A DNA stretch of 64,000 nucleotides from PVC group bacterium (GCA_024231215.1 JAAEQR010000072.1:513210-577209), one strand, 5' to 3'. Shown: positions 40,001-49,000, counted from the stretch's first letter. A program made the numbers and translations. The notes: generated from the letters alone by a model not told the origin.

Positions 40001-40218
40001 TTGATAAATATGGCATTACCAAACGCATTGACCGTTTGCTTGTCGGAGAAAGAACGGTGGAGATTATTGATTTCAAGAGCTCAGAAGAAAACAAAGAAGA
40101 TCAGTATAATCAGATCAAAGACTATATCCGGATAGTAAAGGATATTTATCAGGAAAAAAAGGTGAGCGGATCTTTGGTTTATATGGATAAGATAAAAGTA
40201 GAAAAAATAGATGAGTAA
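37045..40218 (+). CDS. addA: AddA/RecB-like UvrD helicase-nuclease
   Basis: ASAGSGKT, AITFT, LIDEFQDTS, VGDKKQAIYRFRGG, NYRS, MTIHKAKGL, YVTFTRA; C-terminal nuclease RIDRL..IIDFKS. Confidence 0.9.
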   Translation: MGTNISSQKLSFPEVCIVEASAGSGKTYALAKRYLQLLINPRLKEEEIPLRNILAITFTLKATREMRERILEQLKKIALNAFDNDDEKKDLLSAVGINEEKAREKAFRVLDYIICHYNFFQVKNIDKFINLILSGCASELNLSANFRIKENYVDYVAYALDECIDQVSHDRKTAEVFEHFLNQYLFLENRTSWLPKKDVLNIINGLFSQSNIYGGSFEKFPIASKELIILKQEVLSILKDISARAPEGVNKIFLKTLNNFLRNNARSFNVSALDKKSFQKDCLPMNKNHDAPADLALLWEDFRRHIIEISEKEALSLFNCYIDIFNSVYAYFREYARKDNLVFMEELNKQARVLFDGTNISVPELYYRLASRFRHFLIDEFQDTSRLQWGNLFLMIEDALSTGGSLFYVGDKKQAIYRFRGGDVNLFDYIKTEFSKFNVNDKLSLTTNYRSQKEVILFNNEIFSSQNLKRFLGTQQDQGKDTLRQFTESEIEEVLSVFKDSQQQDKPLKPHGYVNIDYIEYEDKETSEELVRARLVDTMICLQKRFPLKSIAILCRSNREIERVTGWLSEKKINVESERTLNIMNNSLVRELIAFLKFLNSPIDNISFSAFILGDVFLSAVGLKREEVADFIFIFNAQEDKGSGYLYRVFRKQYADIWDRYIAKFFKSVGFVSLYELLISLLDKFCVLKNYSDYQGFFMRFLELVKEQEEENPDISLFLDYLETAPDKHLYVNFSDENAVKVMTIHKAKGLGFPVVLVPFLDMNIRDLGAQIKKVKAPYVVYEKEKEGTYGLLRLDTKYAKFSPRIRERYRKEYVKSFIDELNVIYVTFTRAQNELYLFIPYNPSKNTNAAALLIPEGITSRGRQVEYSAREVADMPKAMPIGLPQYTDWIVKLKDEFVQKTELRNRESIMRGEILHDLLSRVGDLNVQKEEQVLKNLNKVLEQEYPGVENVQDYLKIIEKLISAKETKRIFYPENIRVYPEKEFVDKYGITKRIDRLLVGERTVEIIDFKSSEENKEDQYNQIKDYIRIVKDIYQEKKVSGSLVYMDKIKVEKIDE

Positions 40219-43036
40219 AATAATAACTTATAATTTTAATGAGCATTTTATTGATAAGCTGGCGGAGTTTATCAAACAGAACTATACGGATAAAAGCACT
40301 GATCTTAATCGGATTGCAGTTGTCTTCGGGGGGAAACGCCCGGCTTTGTTTTTGAAACGGGCCTTAGGCAGAAAGATAAACCAGAGTTTTGTTCCTCCTC
40401 GGTTCTTTTCGATCGATGAGTTTATGCAGCATATCGTCAAGAAAGACAGACATGTTGTGAGCATTCCGGATTTAGAAGCTGCTTTTTCTATATTTACTCT
40501 GGCAAAAAGTAAAGTGCCTCAGATCATGAAATCTCGGGAAAAATTTTCCGAGTTTTTGCCCTGGGCCAGGGAAATAATATCTTTTATTGATCAGCTGGAT
40601 CTTGAAGACATAACTTATGAGCGCTTGACAAATATTGAAAAAAACGCAGAGATCGGTTATGAAGTCCCGGAAGAGATAAACCAATTATTAGAACATATTG
40701 TGCTTTTGCGCCGTTTATTCCATGAAAAGATGCGTAAAGATAAGAAGTATTCTCGCGGCCTGTTATACTTAAGCGCGGCAGGGTGCTGTGCGGATATTGA
40801 TTTAAAGGAATTTGATCAGGTTCTATTTTGTAATTTCTTTGATTTGCATAAAACAGAAAAGCAGGTTATTAAACATTTTTATGATCAGGACCGCGCGATA
40901 TTGTTTTTTCAGAAGGATGCCCGGACCTGGTCTCAGTTTGATGAATTATCTGGATATTTCGGCCAGGAGATAACCCTTAGGGAACAGAAATCTAAAAATC
41001 CGGACATCAATCTCTATGCGGGTTTTGATAATCATTCCCAGATTGGCATAGTTCGGGAAGTGCTTAAACAGACTAAAGACAAGGATAAAACCGTCATCGT
41101 CTTACCACAGGCAGAGAATATTATTCCGCTTTTATCGGAAATCTCGTCTTGTGTCCAGGAGTATAATGTGTCTATGGGGTATCCGGTGCGGTGTAGTACA
41201 TTGTATAGCCTATTCGATTCTATACACCGGGCGCAGAAAACAAAAAAAACAGATGAATATTATACCCGAGATTATCTTGGGGTGATCATGCATCCTTTAC
41301 TGAAAAACCTAAATCTTCGGGAAGACGGAGTAATTACCCGTATCCTTGTGCATAAGATCGAGGAAATGTTGTCCAATAAAGAGGAATCAGATATCAGCGG
41401 AAGTTTATTTATTAAGCTTGATGATGTAGAAGCTCTTAAAATACTTCATGAGAAAGTTTGCGAGCAGCTGCAGCCCCTGGGATTTTCTATAACTGATAAA
41501 GATTTGAAAGATATACTAAAGCAATTACATTCCTATGCTTTTGGTATTTGGGAAGATTGTAACACATTAGGTGATTTTGCGCAGTCCTTAGAGGAATTTT
41601 TATCCGGGTTAGTAGAAAAGAGTATGGTCAGTGAATATCCCCTGAATATTAAAGTGATTAAGAAACTTTATGCTTTAAGCGGGGAATTCCGTAACCGAGC
41701 CATAAGTCGGGAGAAATTCTCTCCAGGTGAAATATTTCGCGTATTCGATGATTTTTTCAAGAGTGAAAAGATAGCTTTTTCCGGGATGCCGTTAAAAGGA
41801 CTACAAATATTAGGGTTGTTTGAAACCAGGTCTTTGACGTTCGATAATGTAATTATTATGGATGTTAATGAATCAGTATTACCGCGCTTAAGTGCTAATG
41901 AGCCTTTGGTTCCGCGGGCGGTAATGGTGAGTTTAGGCCTGGACCGGTTGGAGGAGGAAGAAGGGATACAGAGGTATCAGTTCATGCGCTTGATCGGGGC
42001 GGCCAAGAATGTGCATCTTGTCTATAATGACAATCCTGATAAACAGAAGAGCCGATTTATTGAAGAAATAATATGGCAGCAGGAAAAAGAAACTAAGTCG
42101 ATGAATACTGTTTGTGTGCCTCGCGCGGTATTTAACGCTGCAGTGCTTACGAAAAAAGGAAGTATTCCTAAAGATAAAAACATTCCAAAGCTTTTGAAAA
42201 ATTTTGTGTTTTCCGCTTCTAGTATCAATACTTATTTAAACTGCCCGATGCAGTTTTATTACAAGTATGTTTTAGGGTTGAGCGAAAAAGAAGATATGCT
42301 TGATGAATTAGAAAGTCGGGAAGTAGGCACGTTTGTCCATGAGTTATTGGAAGATTGTTTTAAACAGTTTGCTAAAAAAACACCCCAGATAGATCTTGCG
42401 TTTAGAAGGAAATTCTTTAATGAATTCGATAAACGGTTTTCTAAGTCATTCCAGCGCCGCATGAAATCAGACGCGTTTATGATTGAGCATATTTTACGAT
42501 ATCGTTTAGAACGTTTTTTGGATAATGAGGCAGAACGCTTGGTAGATAGCGTTGAGGGATTAGAACAGGATATTATAAAAGAAATTAACCTGGGCAAAAG
42601 AAAAGTATCGTTTAAATGCCGGATCGATCGGATCGATCGCTTGGGAAATGATAATATTGTGGTGATTGATTATAAAACAGGCAGTAGTGATATTACGCCG
42701 CGGGGGATAAAGAGTTTACAAAAAGCAGCTGAGATTCCGGAGCGTGGTGTGATTAAGCGGGTTGTCCAGTCTTTTCAGCTGCCCTTATATTTATATTGTG
42801 TGCAGGAACAGTATAAGTCTCAATCTGTAAGCGCGGCGTTATATAACTTGCGTACTTTATCTTTTGACTATTTTCCCAAGCCCAAGGAATATGAACAAAA
42901 AGAAGAGAGTTTGAAGTTGTGTATGGATCTTTTAGGTTTTATTATTGAAGAAATATATGATATGAACATTCCTTTCGAAGCAGATGAATCAGATGATACC
43001 TGTCGGTATTGTCCGTTTTTTGGTTTGTGCCGATGA
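40211..43036 (+). CDS. addB: AddB-like inactive helicase / PD-(D/E)XK nuclease with Fe-S cysteines
   Basis: GLQILGLFETRSL, FSASSINTYLNCP, RIDRID..VIDYKTG, FQLPLY, CRYCPFFGLC; overlaps addA. Confidence 0.88.
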   Translation: MSKIITYNFNEHFIDKLAEFIKQNYTDKSTDLNRIAVVFGGKRPALFLKRALGRKINQSFVPPRFFSIDEFMQHIVKKDRHVVSIPDLEAAFSIFTLAKSKVPQIMKSREKFSEFLPWAREIISFIDQLDLEDITYERLTNIEKNAEIGYEVPEEINQLLEHIVLLRRLFHEKMRKDKKYSRGLLYLSAAGCCADIDLKEFDQVLFCNFFDLHKTEKQVIKHFYDQDRAILFFQKDARTWSQFDELSGYFGQEITLREQKSKNPDINLYAGFDNHSQIGIVREVLKQTKDKDKTVIVLPQAENIIPLLSEISSCVQEYNVSMGYPVRCSTLYSLFDSIHRAQKTKKTDEYYTRDYLGVIMHPLLKNLNLREDGVITRILVHKIEEMLSNKEESDISGSLFIKLDDVEALKILHEKVCEQLQPLGFSITDKDLKDILKQLHSYAFGIWEDCNTLGDFAQSLEEFLSGLVEKSMVSEYPLNIKVIKKLYALSGEFRNRAISREKFSPGEIFRVFDDFFKSEKIAFSGMPLKGLQILGLFETRSLTFDNVIIMDVNESVLPRLSANEPLVPRAVMVSLGLDRLEEEEGIQRYQFMRLIGAAKNVHLVYNDNPDKQKSRFIEEIIWQQEKETKSMNTVCVPRAVFNAAVLTKKGSIPKDKNIPKLLKNFVFSASSINTYLNCPMQFYYKYVLGLSEKEDMLDELESREVGTFVHELLEDCFKQFAKKTPQIDLAFRRKFFNEFDKRFSKSFQRRMKSDAFMIEHILRYRLERFLDNEAERLVDSVEGLEQDIIKEINLGKRKVSFKCRIDRIDRLGNDNIVVIDYKTGSSDITPRGIKSLQKAAEIPERGVIKRVVQSFQLPLYLYCVQEQYKSQSVSAALYNLRTLSFDYFPKPKEYEQKEESLKLCMDLLGFIIEEIYDMNIPFEADESDDTCRYCPFFGLCR

Positions 43037-43061
43037 GGCTAAAGTCAAACAAGGTTAGAAT

Positions 43062-44159
43062 ATGAGATATTTTATTTGGACTATAATGTTTCTTTTAGCA
43101 GTATCTAGCGTAAGGGCGGATGAGGTGTTGATCTTTGATGATAATCAATATGGAATTTTCACCCCCAGTGGCATGATGGGCGATGACGGTGATTTGCAAA
43201 TGAAAACCCTTAAAATTAATGGGAAAAGGCTGCTTAATGTGACTTATGTTCCGCAAGGAATTTATGGATTAGGTTGGGCAGGTATTGTTTTTCAATATCC
43301 GGCAAACAATTGGGGCCAATTTAAAGGGACTAGTTTATTGCAGGAAATGAATAAGCTTACTTTTTGGGCCAAAGGTAAAAAAGGGGGCGAAAAAATAACA
43401 TTTATTATTGGGGGTATGGATCAGGATTATTCTGATTCAGGGAACATTGAAAGAGAAATAAGGTTAAATGAAAAATGGAAAAAGTATTCAATTGTACCTA
43501 AGGGGAATCTAAAGCATATGATTGCTTCCTTTGGGGTTGCCGTTAATGCTTTGGATAATCCGGAGGGCTGTTCTTTTTATTTAGATCAAATATATTATGA
43601 AGATTCCAAGGGGAGAAAAACAGAAGAAATTCCCCGGGATTTTGGATCTTTCGCAGTGAAAAAAGAACCAGGAGATGTGAAATATATTTATCGCGATAAT
43701 ATATGTCTAAGGTTTTCCCCCTGTGGAGTTATGCCTAAAACTGCGCTTGTAAATATTGATACGAAATTTAGTGATAATCCGTATGCGGGTAAGACATGCA
43801 TGAAAATAACCGCGTTAGAAGATAAGAGTGAATGGGCCGGATTATATTTTTTGTATCCATTAAATAACTGGGGTGATTTCAAAGGGAGAAAAGATTTAAA
43901 AGGGATGCGAAAACTTGTGTTTTGGGCTCGCGGATCGGGAAAGGTTGCGTTTGGGATAGGGGGAGTCAATAAGGGTAAATATAAAGACTCGGGAAACGGG
44001 GAGATAGAAGTTGAGTTATCCGATGATTGGGTGAAATATGAAATTAGGGTGCGAAAAGGAAATCTTAGCCATATGATCGGGGGATATTATTTCTCTGCTA
44101 AAAAAGAAGGAAATCCTCAGGGCATAGAGTTATTTCTTGATGAAATTAGATATGAATGA
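43062..44159 (+). CDS. Exported protein with two tandem carbohydrate-binding-like beta-sandwich domains
   Basis: Signal peptide; internal duplication WAG..F.YP.NNWG.FKG...KL.FWA.G...GG...Y.DSG...W.KY.I...GNL.HMI...LD.I.YE. Confidence 0.7.
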   Translation: MRYFIWTIMFLLAVSSVRADEVLIFDDNQYGIFTPSGMMGDDGDLQMKTLKINGKRLLNVTYVPQGIYGLGWAGIVFQYPANNWGQFKGTSLLQEMNKLTFWAKGKKGGEKITFIIGGMDQDYSDSGNIEREIRLNEKWKKYSIVPKGNLKHMIASFGVAVNALDNPEGCSFYLDQIYYEDSKGRKTEEIPRDFGSFAVKKEPGDVKYIYRDNICLRFSPCGVMPKTALVNIDTKFSDNPYAGKTCMKITALEDKSEWAGLYFLYPLNNWGDFKGRKDLKGMRKLVFWARGSGKVAFGIGGVNKGKYKDSGNGEIEVELSDDWVKYEIRVRKGNLSHMIGGYYFSAKKEGNPQGIELFLDEIRYE

Positions 44160-44166
44160 TAAGGGA

Positions 44167-44195
44167 TTGACTAAATATGCCTAATGGTATATTCT
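44167..44195 (+). promoter_or_regulatory. Putative sigma70 promoter
   Basis: TTGACT-17 nt-TATTCT. Confidence 0.55.
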
Positions 44196-44268
44196 AATAA
44201 TGATTTGTGTTTTCCCGGAAAGCTACAGCGGGGTGGTTTTTTAATGAGTAGAAGTTCTAAATATATCC

Positions 44269-44306
44269 AAAAGGCAGTGCATTATAATTAATGAACTGCC
44301 TTTTTT
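44269..44306. terminator. Bidirectional intrinsic terminator
   Basis: AAAAGGCAGT-G-CATTA-taat-TAATG-A-ACTGCCTTTTTT. Confidence 0.75.
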
Positions 44307-44353
44307 GCTTTATAAGGTAACGATAAAAGTTTAACAATAGTAAGGAGAATAAT

Positions 44354-44578
44354 ATGGCGATAAGAACAGAGTGTTTACTTAGAAACAAAGAGTTGGTTAA
44401 TGCGATTGAAGTTCTCAATAAAATTTTACAGGAAGATTTTATGCAAAACGGGTTCGATGCTTGTCCTGAATGTCAGCTGGGTATTGAAAAAACAGTGGCA
44501 CAGGAGCTTCATGATAAAATTGTAAGGTTATACAACTTAAATCACAATATCGTAGAAACTGTAGGGAGTTTAATGTAA
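44354..44578 (+). CDS. Small hypothetical protein (CxxC)
   Basis: TAAGGAG SD, 74 aa, CPEC motif between amphipathic helices. Confidence 0.65.
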   Translation: MAIRTECLLRNKELVNAIEVLNKILQEDFMQNGFDACPECQLGIEKTVAQELHDKIVRLYNLNHNIVETVGSLM

Positions 44579-44666
44579 TTAAATATTTTAAGGCAGGAGA
44601 GAAACGACATAAGCAGATGCTGTTGGATGTTAAACAGAGATTAAATTTATAAAAGGAGGAAGAGTT

Positions 44667-44801
44667 ATGGATAAACAGGAAAGACGTACTAAAGGTCGAA
44701 GATCAGACAAAGTTCGCCGGAAAGGTAGTCCATTAGGGTTTAAAGGGCTTGAAAAGCGGACAGGAGACGAAAGACGATCGGACCAAGACAGAAGAGGATA
44801 A
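44667..44801 (+). CDS. 44-aa Arg-pair-rich peptide (not in the ORF track)
   Basis: AAGGAGG SD upstream of the ATG; MDKQERRTKGRRSDKVRRKGSPLGFKGLEKRTGDERRSDQDRRG*. Confidence 0.7.
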   Translation: MDKQERRTKGRRSDKVRRKGSPLGFKGLEKRTGDERRSDQDRRG

Positions 44802-44964
44802 TACATAATTGAGGTTTTAGATCAAGTTTGTATACAGTGCTTGAAATGTAGTTTATAATAAGTGATTATTAGTATATCATTATATCTCTGAAGTAGAGTT
44901 TTAAAATATAATTAAAAAAATAGTAGATATGATTATCGAAAATTAATTAATATGGGGGAGAGAT

Positions 44965-45372
44965 ATGAAAAAACTAGTGATTCTGCTTCTTTTGGTTGGG
45001 GGTGGGTTGTACCTGTGGCAGACAGGAGTATTTGAACCTAAAGCCGTGAAAGTTTATCGTGCATACAGAGAAAAAACCGTTGCCAGGCAAGAAGGAATAA
45101 AAACGGGGAAACCGTCTGCATCTACGCGATGGTCATTGAAAATCAATAGTTGCAAAATTGAAGATTCTATTGCGGATATTAGTGCAACTGAACGTGTGGC
45201 CAGAATTCCGCTTAATGCGGCATCATTTGTATTTGCAACGATTATTACTACGGAATTTAAAGCAAAGCTAAGATTGAAAGATGATAAGTGGATTGTTTTT
45301 AAAGAACAGTCTTTATCCAGAGATATAAGTACTTACGAACAGAGAAAAAGGAGCAATCAGAGATTGCAATGA
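44965..45372 (+). CDS. Hypothetical membrane-anchored protein
   Basis: GGGGGAG SD, N-terminal TM (LVILLLLVGGGLYLW), stop overlaps the next ATG. Confidence 0.65.
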   Translation: MKKLVILLLLVGGGLYLWQTGVFEPKAVKVYRAYREKTVARQEGIKTGKPSASTRWSLKINSCKIEDSIADISATERVARIPLNAASFVFATIITTEFKAKLRLKDDKWIVFKEQSLSRDISTYEQRKRSNQRLQ

Positions 45373-46484
45373 ACATTTTAAAACGAATCAGTATTTTTAT
45401 AGAGAATGCATGGCTGTCTAAAAAAAAGCGTATTGTTCAACAAGAAAAAGATATTATAAATTCAGTCTTGCATAAAACAGCAGAAGGCTTAGTGGTTGTT
45501 GATAAAGAGGGGAAGGTTCTTGCTCTTAATTCAGCTGCAGAACGGTTGCTTGATGTTTCTATGAAAGATAAGGTTGGGCAACATATATTGGATGGATTAC
45601 GGGAAGATTGTGTTTATAGTTACGCGGAAAAGAAACAAAAGTATGTGGAAATTGAAACAGCTGGGGGAAGTTCAAAAACAAGGCAAATATTGCGTGCAAG
45701 CACGGCGATTGTTGAAAATGAGCAGGGGCAAACCTTAGGTGTTCTTTCAGGGTTAAATGATGTGACTAAGCAACGCGAGCTGGATCAGATGAAAAACAAG
45801 TTTGTTTCGCAGGTATCACATGATTTAAAAGCGCCGTTAATTTCTATAGAAAAAAGTATTGAGATGGTTTTGGAGGAAAAAGAAAAGTTAGATCCTCAGC
45901 ATCTACAGTTTTTAGAAATGGCTTGTCGTAATGCAAGGCGTTTGAGAGGGCTTGTAAGTGATATCCTGGATGTTGAAAAATTAGAAAACAGCAAGGCTAA
46001 ATTAAATTTTACAAAAATAGATATAAAAGATGTTATTGATGATGTTTTGAAGGTATTGGATGTATGGGCCAAAAATAAGAATGTTTCTATCGTGAGAGAA
46101 GATATAAGTTCTATAGATCTCGAAGCAGATTCAAATCGTCTTAGACAAGTCTTTACCAATATAGTTGGTAATGGTATTAAATTTAGTGCTGAAGGCGGGA
46201 GGGTAAATATATCTGTTTTGGCTGAGCAGGATTGGGTGGAAATAATGATTAAGGATACCGGATGTGGGATTCCAGCGGAGCAATTGGGGCAGATTTTTGA
46301 TAAGTTTGAACAGATTCAGACTGTAGTTACAATGGGAGATCATCGTGGTATTGGGCTTGGGCTTGCGATTGCAAAAGAGATTGTAGAACTTCACGGCGGT
46401 AATATTAAAGTAAAAAGTGAGTTGGGTAAGGGAAGCAGTTTTACGGTTAGACTTCCTCTTAATCACCTTGACGCAGGAAGCTGA
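45369..46484 (+). CDS. PAS-domain sensor histidine kinase (orphan, soluble)
   Basis: PAS (EGLVVVD..NSAAERLL), H-box VSHDLKAPL, N-box NIVGNGIKF, G1 DTGCGI, F-box FDKF, G2 GLGLAI. Confidence 0.92.
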   Translation: MNILKRISIFIENAWLSKKKRIVQQEKDIINSVLHKTAEGLVVVDKEGKVLALNSAAERLLDVSMKDKVGQHILDGLREDCVYSYAEKKQKYVEIETAGGSSKTRQILRASTAIVENEQGQTLGVLSGLNDVTKQRELDQMKNKFVSQVSHDLKAPLISIEKSIEMVLEEKEKLDPQHLQFLEMACRNARRLRGLVSDILDVEKLENSKAKLNFTKIDIKDVIDDVLKVLDVWAKNKNVSIVREDISSIDLEADSNRLRQVFTNIVGNGIKFSAEGGRVNISVLAEQDWVEIMIKDTGCGIPAEQLGQIFDKFEQIQTVVTMGDHRGIGLGLAIAKEIVELHGGNIKVKSELGKGSSFTVRLPLNHLDAGS

Positions 46485-46496
46485 AACAGGTACAAT
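46468..46496 (+). promoter_or_regulatory. Putative promoter of the cyclodeaminase-folD operon (very short leader)
   Basis: TTGACG-17 nt-TACAAT ending 11 nt before the ATG; no SD. Confidence 0.6.
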
Positions 46497-46507
46497 AATA
46501 CCCTATC

Positions 46508-47119
46508 ATGTATATACAAAAACCACTTAAAAAATATATAGACGATTTGGCTTCAGGTAAAGTTGCTCCCGGAGGGGGAAGTGCCTCGGCGCTTGCGGCT
46601 TCACTTGGCATTGCCCTTAGCAGTATGGTGGCTAACTTTACAGTAGGTAATGTAAAGTATAAAAAAAACCAGACACGGATAAAGACATTGCTTAAAAGAA
46701 ATGAACTTATTCGCAAGAAGATAAGCATGCTTGTTGATCTAGATATTGTAGTCTATTTAAAATTGAATGAGGTATTGAAGCTTCCTAAAGACAGTAAGAA
46801 ACGGCAGTTACTGATCCAGCAAAAATTAAAGCAGTCAGCAGCGGTTCCTTTGGATATATGTGTGCTTTGCGGGAAAGCTATGCAGTTGTGCGGGGAGATT
46901 TCTCTTATTGGAAATATTAATCTTATAAGTGATCTTGGATGTGCAGCACATCTTTTAGAAAGCGCATATCACAGCGCAAAGTTAAATGTGTACGCTAATT
47001 TTAAATTTATAAAAGATAAGAAGTTTATCGCGAGTAGAAAGAAAAAACTCAAAAGTATTTCAACATCTATTGCACGTATGAAAAAACAGGTGATTGGGAA
47101 AGTGGAAAAGAGTTTATAA
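46508..47119 (+). CDS. Formiminotetrahydrofolate cyclodeaminase / methenyl-THF cyclohydrolase family
   Basis: LASGKVAPGGGSASAL, SMVANFT, GNINLISD, LNVYAN; next to folD. Confidence 0.88.
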   Translation: MYIQKPLKKYIDDLASGKVAPGGGSASALAASLGIALSSMVANFTVGNVKYKKNQTRIKTLLKRNELIRKKISMLVDLDIVVYLKLNEVLKLPKDSKKRQLLIQQKLKQSAAVPLDICVLCGKAMQLCGEISLIGNINLISDLGCAAHLLESAYHSAKLNVYANFKFIKDKKFIASRKKKLKSISTSIARMKKQVIGKVEKSL

Positions 47120-47120
47120 T

Positions 47121-47987
47121 ATGGTAGAGTTATTACTGGGCAAAGATATTGCGAAGAGTATTAAAGCTGAAGTGGCGCAGTCGGCGCAGGAGTTAAAAGA
47201 TAAGTATCAGGTTACTCCTGCTCTTTGTGCAATTCAGGTTGGGGGTAATCAAGAATCTGAGCATTATATCGATTCACAGCGTAAACTAGCAGAGAAACTT
47301 TCTATTAATCATATGGTTAAAGAACTACCGGAAAATGTAACAGAAAAACAAATCATTCAGCTGATTAAGAATTTAAACGACGATTCAAATACCAATGGTA
47401 TTATTTTACAGATGCCTTTGCCCGGACATTTAGATGAGACCAGGATTAGAGGTTTTATTCGTTCGAACAAAGATGTTGAAGGGGTGCATCCAAAAAATCT
47501 GGGTAAAGTGATGCTTGGAACCTGGAAAATAGCGCCTTGTACTGCCTGCGCGGTAATGGAGCTTTTAAAGAGTACACAGGTAGATCTTTACGGCAAGGAA
47601 GTGGTGATTGTTGGACATAGTCAGATTGTAGGCAGGCCATTATCCGTGATGCTTATGCAGGAGATGTCGACAGTTACAGTATGTCATATCGCTACCTCAG
47701 AACGAGGGAATCTCAAAGTGCATATAAAAAACGCGGAAATATTAGTAGTCGCAGCTGGTAAGCCAAATCTGATCAAAGGCGAATGGGTTAAGCCGGGAGC
47801 TGTGGTTATTGACGTAGGATTTAATAAACTGGAAGATAAGATTGTAGGAGATGTTGAATTTGAAACAGCAAAAAATATAGCAGGGATTATAACTCCGGTA
47901 CCGGGTGGAGTCGGTCCTTTGACAGTGGCTATTTTAATGCGCAATTTGATTAATGCGGTAAAATTACAATTAAACGGGACAATATAA
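47121..47987 (+). CDS. folD: Methylene-THF dehydrogenase/cyclohydrolase
   Basis: GIILQMPLP, KDVEG, PCT, GHSQIVGRP, VIDVG, ITPVPGGVGPLT. Confidence 0.95.
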   Translation: MVELLLGKDIAKSIKAEVAQSAQELKDKYQVTPALCAIQVGGNQESEHYIDSQRKLAEKLSINHMVKELPENVTEKQIIQLIKNLNDDSNTNGIILQMPLPGHLDETRIRGFIRSNKDVEGVHPKNLGKVMLGTWKIAPCTACAVMELLKSTQVDLYGKEVVIVGHSQIVGRPLSVMLMQEMSTVTVCHIATSERGNLKVHIKNAEILVVAAGKPNLIKGEWVKPGAVVIDVGFNKLEDKIVGDVEFETAKNIAGIITPVPGGVGPLTVAILMRNLINAVKLQLNGTI

Positions 47988-47989
47988 TT

Positions 47990-49000
47990 ATGAAGAAAGT
48001 AGTTATTATTGGGAACTCTGCGGCTGGAATAAGTGCGGCAGAGGCGATTTGTGAAAAAGATAAAGATATAGGCGTAACTATTATCTCAGATGAGAATCAG
48101 CTGGGATATTATCGGTATCGTATTGGCGAGGTCTTAAGCGGGAAATCAAAAGAAATAGATATTCTTTTTAAATCAAAAGATTTTTATGATCGATTGAAAA
48201 TCCAGGTTCTGCAGGGTCAAAAAGTAGAGAGAGTTAGTCCGAAAAGGAATCAGGTTATTTTAGAAGATAAAACAAAGATTAGTTATGATGCGTTAATTGT
48301 TGCCAGTGGATTAAGGGCTAAGATGCCTAAAGAGATAAAAGGATTAAATAAAGACGGAGTGTTTGAATTCCGTTCCCTGGATGATTTGAAGAGTATTACC
48401 GCAATTACTCCTTTTGCACCTACTGTTTGTATTTATGCGCAGGGAGTTGCGGGGTTGCAGGTAGCATATGGTTTAAGTAAGCCGGAAATGGATGTAAAAC
48501 TGATCATTCCGACTAGTCGTCTTTTACCGGAAGCTATGGAGGAATCTGCGGCGCAGGAACTTGCAGATAGTCTTAAGGAGCGAGGGGTGGAAATTATTTG
48601 GGAAAGAAGTATTGTTGAGGTATTTGGTGAAGGAGAAGTGAAAGCTCTAAAACTTAATACCGGCAAAGTGATCGGTTGTGGTCTATTGATAATCGATGAT
48701 TTTTTAACTTCCCAGACAAGATTTTTACAGGATACAGATGTTAAGATTGTCCCGGCCATTGTTACCGACTGGTGTTTGAAAACAACTGTTCCGAATATAT
48801 TTGCAGCCGGAGATGTTGTGCAGATGCAGACTCCGGAGGGGTATCCAATACGTAGTTCTATTTCCTGGGATAATGCGGCGGCACAGGGCAAGCTTGCGGG
48901 AGAAAACACGGTTTTATATCTTCAGGGCAAAGAGGACCAGATGCTTAGGTGGCAGCCACCATCGGAATGTAAAAGTACTCCTATTTTAAGCCTCTCCTAA
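47990..49000 (+). CDS. FAD-dependent pyridine-nucleotide oxidoreductase (NirB/rubredoxin-reductase-like N-terminal module)
   Basis: IIGNSAAG, YDALIVASG, IFAAGDV, WDNAAAQG; the second Rossmann motif is degenerate. Confidence 0.8.
   Translation: MKKVVIIGNSAAGISAAEAICEKDKDIGVTIISDENQLGYYRYRIGEVLSGKSKEIDILFKSKDFYDRLKIQVLQGQKVERVSPKRNQVILEDKTKISYDALIVASGLRAKMPKEIKGLNKDGVFEFRSLDDLKSITAITPFAPTVCIYAQGVAGLQVAYGLSKPEMDVKLIIPTSRLLPEAMEESAAQELADSLKERGVEIIWERSIVEVFGEGEVKALKLNTGKVIGCGLLIIDDFLTSQTRFLQDTDVKIVPAIVTDWCLKTTVPNIFAAGDVVQMQTPEGYPIRSSISWDNAAAQGKLAGENTVLYLQGKEDQMLRWQPPSECKSTPILSLS

Noticed and set aside
42200-43036. Cas4-like Fe-S nuclease suggesting CRISPR or a defence system
   Set aside because: It is the normal AddB nuclease domain coupled to addA. 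There are no cas genes or repeat-spacer arrays in the window.
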